DNA of 64,000 nt from Basidiobolus meristosporus CBS 931.73 (lineage: Eukaryota; Fungi; Basidiobolomycota), in NCBI GenBank assembly GCA_002104905.1, contig MCFE01000025.1, positions 167,037 to 231,036 of the forward strand. The letters run 5' to 3'. How positions within the stretch are numbered: the first letter of the stretch is position 1; each line of letters begins with the position of its first letter. The notes beneath the pieces were generated by a model that was given only the letters and a program-made list of their open reading frames with translations, made no database searches and was not told where the DNA came from. This document shows positions 25,501 to 36,195 of this stretch, one piece after another. Position numbers and translations under genes: made by a program.

Positions 25501-25678
25501 TTACTTCGTGTAGGTTTAGTTTATGATAGTCAATGGCGAGTTCTTTCTCAAGATCCTTGTCTTTCGGAACATCTCTTGTGCGAGTTCGAGCCTCGTCTAT
25601 ACGGATAGATAGGGTTCTATACTCCACTGTCAAGGAACGAGATAATGGCAAATTTGCGTTAGTACTTCCTTCTGCCAT
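22583..25678 (-). CDS. ACU-type P-type cation ATPase, copy 2; intronless, near-identical to copy 1
   Basis: 1031 aa, same motifs as copy 1. Differs mainly in the first ~70 aa and the FDEEAKARVL / NSE..LTEN patch. Confidence 0.95.
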   Translation of the reverse strand: MAEGSTNANLPLSRSLTVEYRTLSIRIDEARTRTRDVPKDKDLEKELAIDYHKLNLHEVSLRFNTSLENGLDSAKAQERLVKNGKNQISPPPSKLWSKIFDYGFGGFCGLLWFAALICFLAWKPLGNPPDPLNLGLGVLLLIVIFLQAGFNAYQDWSSSKVMNSINGMLPANALVNRGGQKVRVPVSDLVVGDVVYLTYGNKVPADARVISCSDLKFDKSVLTGESDPIAATVDMTDENYLESKNVALMGTLTTNGEGVGVVVSTGDNTVMGKIAKLSSNAGTSKTLLQIEISRFVRIIATLSISTAVFVMILWAAWLRTTYPNFLNLSTALVNAIAVLVAFVPEGLPVAVTLTLTLVARKMQQQKVLVKNLTTVETLGSVNVIASDKTGTLTQNRMFVSSGFAGQAFNMNECRDHYNAKAPGVLELLAVSGLCNGASFDSESMDLPVSERKTNGDATDSAILRFAEDYRMISEHNPTFEKLFDIPFNSKNKWMLSIAKGKSEDNGFRTDKAVLMLKGAPDFILGKCTRILNFDGTESPFDEEAKARVLRQQEEWSSNGQRVLLMTRRHLEEGEFNSEMTSEEVTTLTENMCIVGLVGIIDPPRPEIFDVVKTCRGAGVRLFMVTGDFSLTAAAIAKQVGIFTAEHIDKVEDLISEKSEMTLAVDDGVNSCRRALLLSGSDLPDLTDQQWDMVTGYDEIVFARTTPEQKLRIVNEFQQRGNIVGVTGDGVNDAPALKAANIGIAMGGGSEVAMEAAHMVLLDNNFSSIIVAIENGRLVYDNLKKVILYLLPAGSWSELIPILVNVLLGVPLPLSAFLMICICVLTDMLPSIAIMFETPESDLLKRPPRRPNQDRLVNLGLLRHAYLFVGMLETLFSHCMFFYYVQSAGHLSAGDILLTFDKWTAGYKGLTQEQLDDLLYTGQCVTFVTLVMLQAFGNLLSSRTRRLSILQHSPWAQPSRNLWLFGAQFGSVVLALVAVYLPVFNNIFNTRPVPVKFWFIPLAGALIILLADETRKYFVRKYPQGLLAKLAW

Positions 25679-27345
25679 ATCTCAAATGGGTTTTTCGTGA
25701 AGAGAATAAACTGCTGCAGCTAATGAGAAGACTGGGCAATATATAGGTAAGCCAATACTATGTGAATCAATACCAACATACTCATTGTTGGAGATTTAGT
25801 ACATGGTAAATAGCGGAGTTGCATCACCTTTAATGCTAGAGGAGAGCGTTAATTATTTTACCGGTTTTGGCATAATGTTTCTTGTATTTGAAACCTTGGT
25901 TTATTTCTCGTCCTTAAACCGTCTGCCATCTGCTCGTATTACGACCCATTTTAGGGTAAATCCTGACTTAGACACAAACCAGTTGTTTAACTTTTCTTAA
26001 ATATATGGCTAACTTTACACCAAGCAGTGTAAGTAATAAAATCAGACTGGTTTGAATTTCCACCACGAAGTTGTTATCACTATGATCCAACCCCTGACTG
26101 CATCGATATGGCTTACAATTTTAACCAACAATAATCATCCGACTCAAAGTAATTCATTTAGTATGCGCTTTGACATTCGGGCATTCCAAAAGTTGATCAC
26201 ATCACTACTAGGCACTCCTTGGCACATTCTGATCACCGGTCGTGGCACCATCTCCTATCAATTCTTCTTCTGCTGAGTGATTTACGTATATCAGAAACCG
26301 CGTTGGGAATCGATATGGCTACGCATATGGTCACGATTTGGTCGCCAAATTCGCATGTGATTACAGAATAAAAAGCTAGAAAGTTAGACACACGATTGAT
26401 TTCGCGAACTACATGGTGGAGACGTGATTAAACCACAGGATTTTCATGAGTACAAGATAAGATAAGTCCTGTAGATTTACCCAGAGGGCAGTGCCATGAT
26501 CCACCTAGATCACTGGACATCCACGGGCAGTTTCATTCGTGGCTTGATGCAAAAGATTTCTAGATATTGCTGCGTCGAGTTAAAATTGGCCCACCCAGTC
26601 AAATTAGGAAGAGCCTCTGTTGGAGTGAAATTTTACGTGATTAACATTGGTGTCAGCAAATCTTTCTACTACGTCAATACCAAGTATGCACGAAAGCAGG
26701 CCCAATAGCCTTCCCAGTATAAATGTAAAGAGGGAGAGTCTCATGCCTGAACAAACAGGAACAACCATTTCCAGCAAAGAAGAGATTTCGAGCCACTAAC
26801 CACAGGGCTATTAATATCACCAGATGCCAATCATGAGATGCTGATAGCAGGTCTAGGCAATCAAATAAATTTGGTAGATAAAAAGAAACACCCAGGATTT
26901 CCTGAATGAACACACTTGCCGGATTAGTAAAATCTGTTCATCTGTTCGGAAATCCAAAAAAGACTAACCTGTCCTGCCAAATTCGGCCATCCAGCGCGGC
27001 ACCAGAAGTGAATTTTGAGAAGTTCGTGTATTTCGTCAAATTCGCCAAATTCGAAAATTTTCGTTAATTTGTCTTCGAAATTGCGTACCCGTGAATCGTT
27101 CGTGAATCGCCCATGCTTAACAGTTACACACCGATTGGGTTAAGCCAAAAATGATCCATTCCAATCGACTGGGAAAGAGAATTTCTATTCAAAGAAAAAC
27201 GGAATAAATGTGTATTGATTTAACAATTCGATTTAATTCCTATGGGCCACACCCAGTATAAATAATAGCTACCTCATCGCCGAGGTTTTCTAATTATTCT
27301 GTTCAATATCAATAAGCTGATCACTAGGCTTGAGGCTTTGGCATA

Positions 27346-30300
27346 ATGATTGAGAAATCCAACAAGGCCGATAAGGTCCAGATTGAAGAGAATGAAGAGA
27401 TCCTCAATAACCAAGAGCAGAGTAGTAACTTGCCGGTAACCAGAACCCTCACCGTTGAGTATCGTACTCTTTCCGTCCGACTAGATGAAGCTCGTACCCT
27501 CACAAAAAGAGATAAAAACTTAGAGGAAGAGCTTGCTATTGATTTCCATAAATTAAACCTACATGAGCTCAGTCTACGCTTCAATACTTCTCTCGAGAAC
27601 GGCTTGGATTCCACCAACGCTGCAACTCGTTTAGCAAGCCACGGTAAAAATCAAATCTCCCCGCCTCCCTCCAAGACACTCTCCAAAATATTGAACTATT
27701 TATTCGGTGGTTTCTGTGGCATTTTGTGGTTCGCCTCCTTGATTTGTTTCATTTCTTGGAAGCCTCTTGGGGATCCTCCACAAGTTATGAACTTGGGTCT
27801 AGCAGTCTTGCTTTTGATCGTTATCTTTTTGCAAGCCGCTTTCAACGCCTACCAGGATTGGAGTTCCTCGAAGGTCATGAACTCGATCAACGGTATGCTT
27901 CCAGCAAGTGCTTTGGTGAATCGTGATGGCCAGAAGATTACCGTGCCAGTGAGTGACCTAGTTGTTGGTGATGTGGTCTACCTGACATACGGTAACAAGG
28001 TTCCCGCTGATGCTCGAGTGATCAGTTGCTCCGACCTCAAGTTTGACAAATCCGTTCTGACTGGTGAATGTGACCCAATCCCTGCCACTGTTGACATGAC
28101 CGATGAGAACTACCTGGAGTCCAAGAATGTTGCTTTGATGGGTACTCTCACTACAAATGGCTCAGGTATTGGTGTGGTTGTCTCCACCGGTGATAACACC
28201 GTCATGGGGAAGATCGCCAAGCTATCGAGCAATGCCGGAACCTCAAAGTCTCTTTTACAGATTGAAATCAGTAGATTTGTAAAGCTTATCGCCGCTATGT
28301 CGTTCACTACTTCCGCTTTTGTCATGATCCTGTGGGCTGCTTGGTTGCGTCGGTCATACCCCAACTTCTTGAACCTCTCCACCGCACTGGTCAATGCTAT
28401 TGCCGTTCTTGTTGCTTTCGTCCCTGAAGGTCTCCCAGTAGCTGTCACCCTGACCCTCACTCTGGTTGCTCGTAAGATGCAGCAGCAAAAGGTGCTGGTC
28501 AAGAACTTGACCACAGTCGAGACCCTGGGCTCTGTGAACGTCATCGCCTCCGACAAGACCGGGACACTCACCCAAAACAGAATGTTTGTTAGCTCCGGAT
28601 TCGCTGGCCAGGCGTTCAACATGAACGAGTGCAGAGATCACTACAACGCCAAGGCCCCCGGAGTGTTGGAGCTACTCGCCGTCTCTGGTCTCTGTAATGG
28701 TGCTTCGTTCGATAGCGAGTCGATGGACCTGCCAGTGTCCGAGCGCAAGACCAATGGAGATGCTACTGATTCGGCCATTCTTCGCTTTGCCGAAGACTAC
28801 AGAATGATCAGCGAACACAACCCAACCTTCGAGAAACTGTTTGATATCCCCTTCAACTCCAAGAACAAGTGGATGTTGTCTATTGCCAAGGGAAAGAGTG
28901 AAGACAACGGATTCAGGACTGACAAGGCCGTTCTTATGCTCAAGGGTGCCCCTGACTTCATTCTCGGCAAATGCACGCGTATCCTCAACTTTGATGGTAC
29001 TGAGAGTCCATTCGATGAAGAGGCTAAAGCCAGAGTACTTCGTCAGCAAGAGGAGTGGAGTTCCAATGGTCAAAGAGTACTTCTGATGACAAGAAGACAC
29101 TTGGAAGAAGGCGAGTTCAACAGTGAGATGACCTCGGAAGAGGTGACCACCCTTACCGAAAACATGTGCATTGTCGGATTGGTCGGCATCATCGATCCAC
29201 CCAGACCCGAGATCTTTGATGTGGTGAAGACCTGCCGCGGTGCTGGTGTGCGTTTGTTCATGGTTACCGGTGATTTCTCCTTGACTGCCGCTGCTATTGC
29301 TAAGCAAGTGGGTATTTTCACTGCCGAGCACATTGACAAAGCTGAAGACTTGGTTGCCGAAAAAGGAGAATTTGGTGTTATTCTTGATGATGGAGTCAAC
29401 AGTTGCAGAAGAGCACTTCTTCTCTCCGGCTCTGATCTCCCTGACCTCACTGATCAGCAATGGGATATGGTCACTGGCTATGATGAGATTGTGTTTGCCC
29501 GTACTACCCCCGAACAGAAGCTCAGAATTGTCAACGAGTTCCAGCAACGTGGCAACATTGTTGGTGTTACTGGTGATGGTGTGAACGATGCTCCCGCTCT
29601 CAAGGCCGCTAACATTGGTATTGCCATGGGTGGTGGTAGTGAAGTGGCCATGGAGGCCGCGCACATGGTGCTCCTTGACAACAACTTCTCGTCCATCATT
29701 GTGGCCATCGAGAACGGAAGACTGGTGTATGACAACTTGAAGAAGGTCATTCTCTACCTTATTCCAGCTGGATCCTGGTCTGAATTGATTCCAATTCTCG
29801 GAAACTTTATTCTTGGTATTCCGCTTCCACTCTCCGCTTTCCTTATGATCTATATCTGCGTATTGACCGATATGTTCCCATCCATTGCTATCATGTTTGA
29901 GACACCTGAAGCCGATCTGTTGAAGCGCCCTCCTCGCCGCCCCAACGAAGATCATTTGGTTAACCTTAAGCTTTTGCGCCATGCCTATATGTTTACCGGA
30001 TTGATGGAGACGCTGATCTCTCATTGTATGTTCTTCTACTATCTCCAAGTTTACGGCAACATCAAGGTTAAGGATATCCTCCTGGCCTACAGCAATTGGT
30101 CTCCTGAACATATGGGCAAGAGTCAGGAAGAACTGGATAATTTGCACTATACTGGCCAATCCATCACTTTCGTCACACTTGTCATGCTTCAAGTTTTCGG
30201 TAATCTATTTGCCACTCGTACTCGCAGACTTTCTCTCTTCCAGCACACTCCATGGGCTGGACCTTCTAAGAATCTCTGGCTCTTCGGCTCTCAGTGCTGC

Positions 30301-30489
30301 TCTATTGGTTTGGCCTTGATTGCTATCTACTTGCCCTGGTTCAACAATGTCTTCAATACTAGACATGTTCCAGTCCAATTCTGGTTCATCCCAATGGGAG
30401 GAGCATTATGCATTCTTGCTGCTGATGAGATCCGTAAATACTTTGTGCGCAAAAATCCACGTGGGTTACTCGCTAGACTTGCTTGGTAA
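27346..30489 (+). CDS. ACU-type P-type cation ATPase, copy 3; divergent membrane domains, TGEC motif, acidic N-terminal extension
   Basis: 1047 aa with DKTGTLT, VPEGL, KGAP, TGDGVND intact and A-domain TGEC. Transcribed divergently from copy 2 across a 1.67-kb intergenic region. Confidence 0.95.
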   Translation: MIEKSNKADKVQIEENEEILNNQEQSSNLPVTRTLTVEYRTLSVRLDEARTLTKRDKNLEEELAIDFHKLNLHELSLRFNTSLENGLDSTNAATRLASHGKNQISPPPSKTLSKILNYLFGGFCGILWFASLICFISWKPLGDPPQVMNLGLAVLLLIVIFLQAAFNAYQDWSSSKVMNSINGMLPASALVNRDGQKITVPVSDLVVGDVVYLTYGNKVPADARVISCSDLKFDKSVLTGECDPIPATVDMTDENYLESKNVALMGTLTTNGSGIGVVVSTGDNTVMGKIAKLSSNAGTSKSLLQIEISRFVKLIAAMSFTTSAFVMILWAAWLRRSYPNFLNLSTALVNAIAVLVAFVPEGLPVAVTLTLTLVARKMQQQKVLVKNLTTVETLGSVNVIASDKTGTLTQNRMFVSSGFAGQAFNMNECRDHYNAKAPGVLELLAVSGLCNGASFDSESMDLPVSERKTNGDATDSAILRFAEDYRMISEHNPTFEKLFDIPFNSKNKWMLSIAKGKSEDNGFRTDKAVLMLKGAPDFILGKCTRILNFDGTESPFDEEAKARVLRQQEEWSSNGQRVLLMTRRHLEEGEFNSEMTSEEVTTLTENMCIVGLVGIIDPPRPEIFDVVKTCRGAGVRLFMVTGDFSLTAAAIAKQVGIFTAEHIDKAEDLVAEKGEFGVILDDGVNSCRRALLLSGSDLPDLTDQQWDMVTGYDEIVFARTTPEQKLRIVNEFQQRGNIVGVTGDGVNDAPALKAANIGIAMGGGSEVAMEAAHMVLLDNNFSSIIVAIENGRLVYDNLKKVILYLIPAGSWSELIPILGNFILGIPLPLSAFLMIYICVLTDMFPSIAIMFETPEADLLKRPPRRPNEDHLVNLKLLRHAYMFTGLMETLISHCMFFYYLQVYGNIKVKDILLAYSNWSPEHMGKSQEELDNLHYTGQSITFVTLVMLQVFGNLFATRTRRLSLFQHTPWAGPSKNLWLFGSQCCSIGLALIAIYLPWFNNVFNTRHVPVQFWFIPMGGALCILAADEIRKYFVRKNPRGLLARLAW

Positions 30490-32162
30490 TTTTCTTCACC
30501 TGAATGGTCACTTAGATTTAATCTTTAATATCCCTTTATCATTCTAAATAATTATGTAAATATTAACATTAACCACACACACCGATACCATTCAATTCCC
30601 AATAAATTTTCAACGAAAAATACCTAATATATCAATCTTCCATTCTTTCATTCTACTGAAGACGTGTCGCAACCAATATGCCTATATTTGTCTTTATGGT
30701 TGTTTGCTTAAAATCAAATACCCAAGGAATAGTTAAGGTCCCACTGTTATATGTATTTTATTGTGTTACCCTTGCTAAATACACCTGAGTTCTACCTACA
30801 TGACCTCACCAGTGTCTATACTTCACGTGGTCGCATAAAGCATTCGTTCCTTTTCGAGAGAATACTAACCTTCTGTATAACAGCAAAGCTATTGTTGAGC
30901 TTCAATCTGTTTGTACCAACAAATGCTCTGAAATACCTTCCAATATTTTTTTCTACTGTTTGATATTCGTAAACGCTTTTTCATAGCAGAGAAGTAATAC
31001 AGTTATAGCCAGATACAACATTCTCTTATATTTCCCCGTATTTGATCAAAATACTGAAAGTAACATGAAACACGGGGAAGGTTGTCTTGCCCACCTGTTA
31101 TTGATCTAGCTTTTTAGAAAATTTTCTACAGAAATCACTATTAGTCTCTAATATTAATATCTCTCTGCAAATCATTCGCAACAATCTCCTATAGTGATTC
31201 AAAGGTGCGAAGGCCACAATTTTATGTAAAAACTTCGAGTTGGAAGCTTTGCTCTACTAACCCCAATCACTTTTAATACTGGTATGCCTCTCAGGTTTAA
31301 GGCATTGAAGCTCCTTAAACCCATGTGGCTGGGGCAAGACCTCATACTGGGCTGCCAAAGTAACCTTCACCAACGCTATTAGCAGGTTGGAGAGGTTCGA
31401 CCCTAAGAATATTGCAGACCTTGAAACTAGCGTTTCAAGTGTCCTAACCTGAATGTCACTAATTTCTTAGGAGATGGATCCTGATGATCAATAGTATTTG
31501 ACAGATTTTCCAAAGCATACCAAGACTTAAGATTCTCACACCCCCACATCATTATCACACACCCTTAGAACTGGCTCATTATACTGAATGAAGACGGGTA
31601 TGAAATGCTATGACCGGTGTTATACAGGCTTCATTATCTATAGTGGAGCTGAAAATAACCCGCAAATCTTGGGTACCTGTTAACTTTACGAGATGATGAG
31701 ACAAATCTAGATACTGTGAGAAATCATGCCGAAGCTCACCGTGTGACGTAATCAAGGTTTTCTATCAACGACTTCCCCCCATGTCCCACTTAGATGATAA
31801 TTTCCCGATAAATCATTTTCCCTGTGTTACCAAGAATAGCCGAAGCAGGTCGCAGACTGCCATATTCATCTTTGTGGGTATCTGGCGCTGATGAGCCCCA
31901 GCTACCATATTAATCTTATCTACTCAGGCTGAGTCGCTGACTATGCCCAATTGGGGGATTATGGGTAAGCCTCATCCTCCTTGAACCAATTGAATCTTTC
32001 ATTGACAAGTTTAAAATTCATGAGTGCGAATGACTAGATCTTTATTACAGTGATGAATGCAATCTAATTGCAAGCCAATCAATAAATAAAAGATTAACAA
32101 GAGTTAGGTGGTGTAAATGACAAGGGCAGGAAGAATGTGTTTAGAGTGGAGCAATATATAAT

Positions 32163-33959
32163 CTAATAGAACAGAAATGATCGTGAGAAATTAGGCGCTG
32201 GCTCGTAGGCAGCATTGTGAACCTTCTGGGCACGACCGGAAGGATCAGCTGGGCAGCCCCAGTCACCGCGAGGAATCCATCTAACAACAGACTCTGTGCA
32301 AGCATCTTGAGGGAAGTGTTGTTCGAAGATTTCACGGTACCAGTAAGCCTCCTTAGTTTGGGGGGTGTCCTTGGGCCATCTCTCAGCAGCCTTGGCAAAT
32401 TGCTCATCACTAACAATCTCCTCAGCCTTGTCCTTCAAGGAGTCAATCCAGCTGTATCCAACGCCGTCGGAGAATTGTTCCTTTTGACGCCAGAGGATAC
32501 TGTCGGGGAGATAAGGCTTGGCAAGAGGATCATCGGAGGTGTCGAAGGCCTTACGGATGATGTACTTCTCCATGCGCTTGGTATCACCACCGAAAAGCTT
32601 CTCGCGAGGGTCAACGTTCATGGCAATTTCCAAGAATGCCTTGTCCAAGAAAGGCACACGAGCTTCTAAGCCCCAAGCCATAGTGGATTTGTTGGCACGA
32701 AGACAGTCGGAAGTATGGAGGTTCTTGACACGGGAGACGGTTTCTTGATGGAAAGCATCAGAGTCGGGGGCAGCGTGGAAGTAAAGGTATCCACCGAAAA
32801 CTTCATCGGAACCTTCACCAGAGAGTACCATCTTAACTCCCATGGCTTTAATCTTTCTGCTGAGCAAGTACATGGGGGTACTGGCACGGACAGTGGTAAC
32901 ATCATAAGTCTCAAGATGATAGATAATATCAGCGATAGCATCGTGGCCTTCTTGAAGGTTGAAGGTGTATTCATGATGGACGGTCTTCAAGAACTTGGCA
33001 GCCTTACGAGCGGCAACCAAGTCAGGAGCTCCGGGAAGACCAATGGAGAAGGAGTGGACGCGAGGCCATGTGTACAAACCACTTGGGTCAACATCATCGT
33101 CGCTCTCGATAGCTCTCTCCACAGCGAGCTTGATGGACTCACGGCAGGCAATGGAAGCAATCAAGCTAGAATCCAAACCACCACTGAGAAGAACACCATA
33201 GGGGACTTCACTCATAAGTCTCTTACGGACAGCCTTCTCCAAACCTTCTCTAAGCGCCTTGTAGTCGACTTCATTGTTGGGAATCTTGTTTCCATCCCAC
33301 CAGGTAGGCTTGAAGTAACGAACAGTTTCCTTGGTGGCAGAGTCATAGTAATGACCAGGAGGGAAAGCAATGATCTTATCGCATTCCTCGTTCAAAGCTT
33401 TGAGCTCAGAAGCAAAGTAGACGGTCTCGGGAGAGGCAGAGTTCCAACCTTGGTAGAGGGTGGTGATACCGATGGGGTCACGTGCGGCAATGAAGCGGTT
33501 CTTCTTGGTATCCAAAAGGACGAAGCTGAACATACCGTCGAGCTTGCTGACAACTTCGGTATCGATTTCGTTGTACAAATGAAGGATTACTTCACAGTCG
33601 GAGCGGGTCTTCATCTCGGTTGGGTTCTTCAAGCTCTTCTCCAAAGTCTTGTGGTTATAGATTTCACCGTTGACGGAGAGAACAAGGGTTTCATCTTCGT
33701 TAACAATGGGCTGAGCACCAGAATCAACACCAACGATAGCCAAACGTTCGTGGCATAAAATGTGGTTATCCTTGATGACACAACCGTTCCAATCGGGACC
33801 TCTGTGTCTGAGCCTAAGTGAATTAAGGAGCCCGGTAAATATATATGGTTTCCTGGATGACATATTGAAAATTCATTACTTCTTGGATAATTGAAGAGCA
33901 CGTTGACGATAGGCGTGAATATCGCCTTGATAGTTGAAAACAGCAAAGATACCACACAT
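32163..33959 (-). CDS. ASN1: Asparagine synthetase (glutamine-hydrolysing)
   Basis: Exon 1 [26 protein letters not shown] (ATG 33959), then an intron, then [63 protein letters not shown]. Confidence 0.97.
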
Positions 33960-34602
33960 TTCTAAATTGGAGAGGAGGTATCTAATGATTAGCACCAGAG
34001 CTGGAACGCGTGAGATTGTCTTAAGTCACAAACCTAGTAGTACTGGTTCACCCAAAGAAAGACTAAAGATGAAAGTTGCAAGAATGCATTCGGATTCTCT
34101 CGCTTTTTGTATAAATTTTGGCCAGGCTTCACTGCCCTTGCATTACCTCCTATTTTGGAAATAGCCGGAAATGGAATGAATACGTAGTGAGCCGATTGGA
34201 GGGACTTGCTTAATACCAGTCCCCGTACGGATCAAGCCGAACACTTGAGCAGCTCTAGCTAGATTGCCTAATGAGTCCATGAGCCAACGTTGTAATGCTC
34301 TGAGTGCAGCTGGATATAGAAAATTTTTATCACTTCGATTTGAGTTGTAGCGTCTCCTTGTTATGCACCATCTGAATAAGGTTTCGATACATCAGGGAGT
34401 AATTGAGCTAGTTTTCACTCAGGGGAAGACGGAATATACTGGGGCTACGGGAGCATAGATAGCGAATTGAATCTTCCATGAATCTTTACTAATTCTCCAC
34501 GAATCTTCACTAATCCTCCATTTTAGCTTTCCAAACGAGTTCCCATTACCTGGAATCTGCTACGAGCTGGATCAGAGCTGAATCGCCAGAATATACACAG
34601 CG

Positions 34603-34642
34603 ATGACTCATACTTATTCATACCACTCTGGTCATGACTCAC
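34603..34642. promoter_or_regulatory. Two Gcn4/CpcA-type AP-1 sites upstream of asparagine synthetase
   Basis: ATGACTCAT at 34603-34611 (perfect consensus) and ATGACTCAC at 34634-34642, ~650 bp upstream of the ASN start. ASN1 is a classic general-amino-acid-control target. Confidence 0.5.
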
Positions 34643-34716
34643 TCAATGTATAGCGATTTCGTGGTACAGTGATAACAACCATCATTACTGTTATTAGGCT
34701 TAATCATTGCTGCTAT

Positions 34717-34745
34717 TGGGTTTAATGGGTTTAATGGGTTTAATG
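34717..34745. repeat. (TGGGTTTAA)x3 short tandem repeat
   Basis: Directly visible: tgggtttaatgggtttaatgggtttaatg. Confidence 0.9.
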
Positions 34746-35584
34746 AATACCTGATCGTTATTTTATCTCGTGAATGAGTACAGTTTCATATGTAGGCTTT
34801 GCGTGCGAAACTCTTAGTCGTGATTATGGCTGACCGATTGATTGATCATAGTGACCGATGAATGGTCGATTTCATCGAGGATACTTTGCATTCAAGCTCC
34901 CCAATATTTGCTTGGTTTAGATGTGTTGTCTTACCACGGCACGCAAGCCAGCTGTATAGTTAGTAACTGTGCTAAATTTCCAGTTGTAGTACTACATTTG
35001 TTTGCTTGAGTTGGTATTGTTTTACGAGCCTTCTCGCAGATCATTTGAGTTTGTCATGTACCTCGCCCAACCAAGGAAGTGGTGTAAAAAAGACCAATGC
35101 GAAAGAGTTGAAGCCTAGACAACTTCTCATTTATCCCTATTTATTTATAAAAGCCAAGCTAACTTCCCATTAGTCCCTATTTATTTGTAATCTACTGGGT
35201 CAGTAGTGCGCGTTTGCCTTATTCAACTAGTATATAGTATATGCTTCTTGAAATACCACACATCTTTATGTATTGCTCGCTGATATTTCGCTCAGTGCGT
35301 GGGATCTAGTTACTTGAATAGTTAAAGTTGTGTTATCAACACTGAAATTGTAATTTTCAGAAATCTGCTGAAATATTCAGCAAAAGTAACATTGGTGAAA
35401 GTTGAAGTGGCTGAAGGAGCCTGGAGGTGATCTAGTGTATTCAGGACAAAATATGTTTTTTTATGATTTATAGAGTGAGAAAACATCGAGTAATATAAAA
35501 TTATGATAAACATGTTTTAACAAAGATCCAAGGAAGCTACACACAACTTAAAAGCCCATTTGGGCGTGTTTAATTTTTTGATAA

Positions 35585-35900
35585 TTGCCATTATTTCCAC
35601 GTTTTGAAGTGTTGGCCAATGTTATACACAATAAAACCCAAGTCAATGATATTGTTTATGGTATTTTGGTAATGCCCATCAGAAATTCTACCGGAGCATG
35701 AATTTATAGATAACCAGGTAATAAGTTGGTGACTTGTAATATAATATGGGCACTTACTTTGGAACCTGGAATTCTCGGAAGATCCATAAATTAGTCCTAA
35801 TCTACCATCAAAGCGTAAGCTTATGCAGGCCAACTAATACAATGTCCAGTTTTTATGTACAATTGCTAAGGTGCTGTTTGGACTAACTACACCTGTACAA
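35585..35900 (-). pseudogene. Heavily decayed retroelement (possibly Ty3/gypsy integrase) remnant
   Basis: Frame-hopping translation gives fragments (CISL..F, FMDLPRIPG, HG..NTI.NIIDLG..F.TW) loosely matching the integrase core order WxCISxDFIxDLP...HGxPxxIISDRG. Lies next to LTR fragments. Weak. Confidence 0.3.
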
Positions 35901-36195
35901 AGACATATATCATAATGACCACATGGCCCTTGTGTAGTTTGTCAGAAAACTGATAGTATCTTGGCATTTATAGGATATTATGCTATACCTAGATGTATAC
36001 ATAGCCCATGTCACTTAAATCCTGGTTACCAGGTTCAATATTCTCTGACTAATATCCTTCATTAAGCTTTGTAGTTATTTCTCCCCAATGTAGAGAACCT
36101 AGAGGATGGTATTTCATATAACTGTTTAGAGTTTTGTAATAGTTTTGAGGATACTGGAAGTAGCTGGATGAACAGGTAATGTATGCTGTTTTCAC

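Noticed and set aside
14724-30489. Animal-type Na+/K+-ATPase acquired from a host
   Set aside because: TM5/TM6 (YLLPAGSWSE, ICVLTD) and the C-terminus (LAW) match fungal ACU pumps, not the animal YTLTSNIPE / IDLGTD / ETYY signatures; no beta subunit nearby.
32715-33758. 347-aa antisense ORF over asparagine synthetase
   Set aside because: Same codon-bias shadow; no domain signal.
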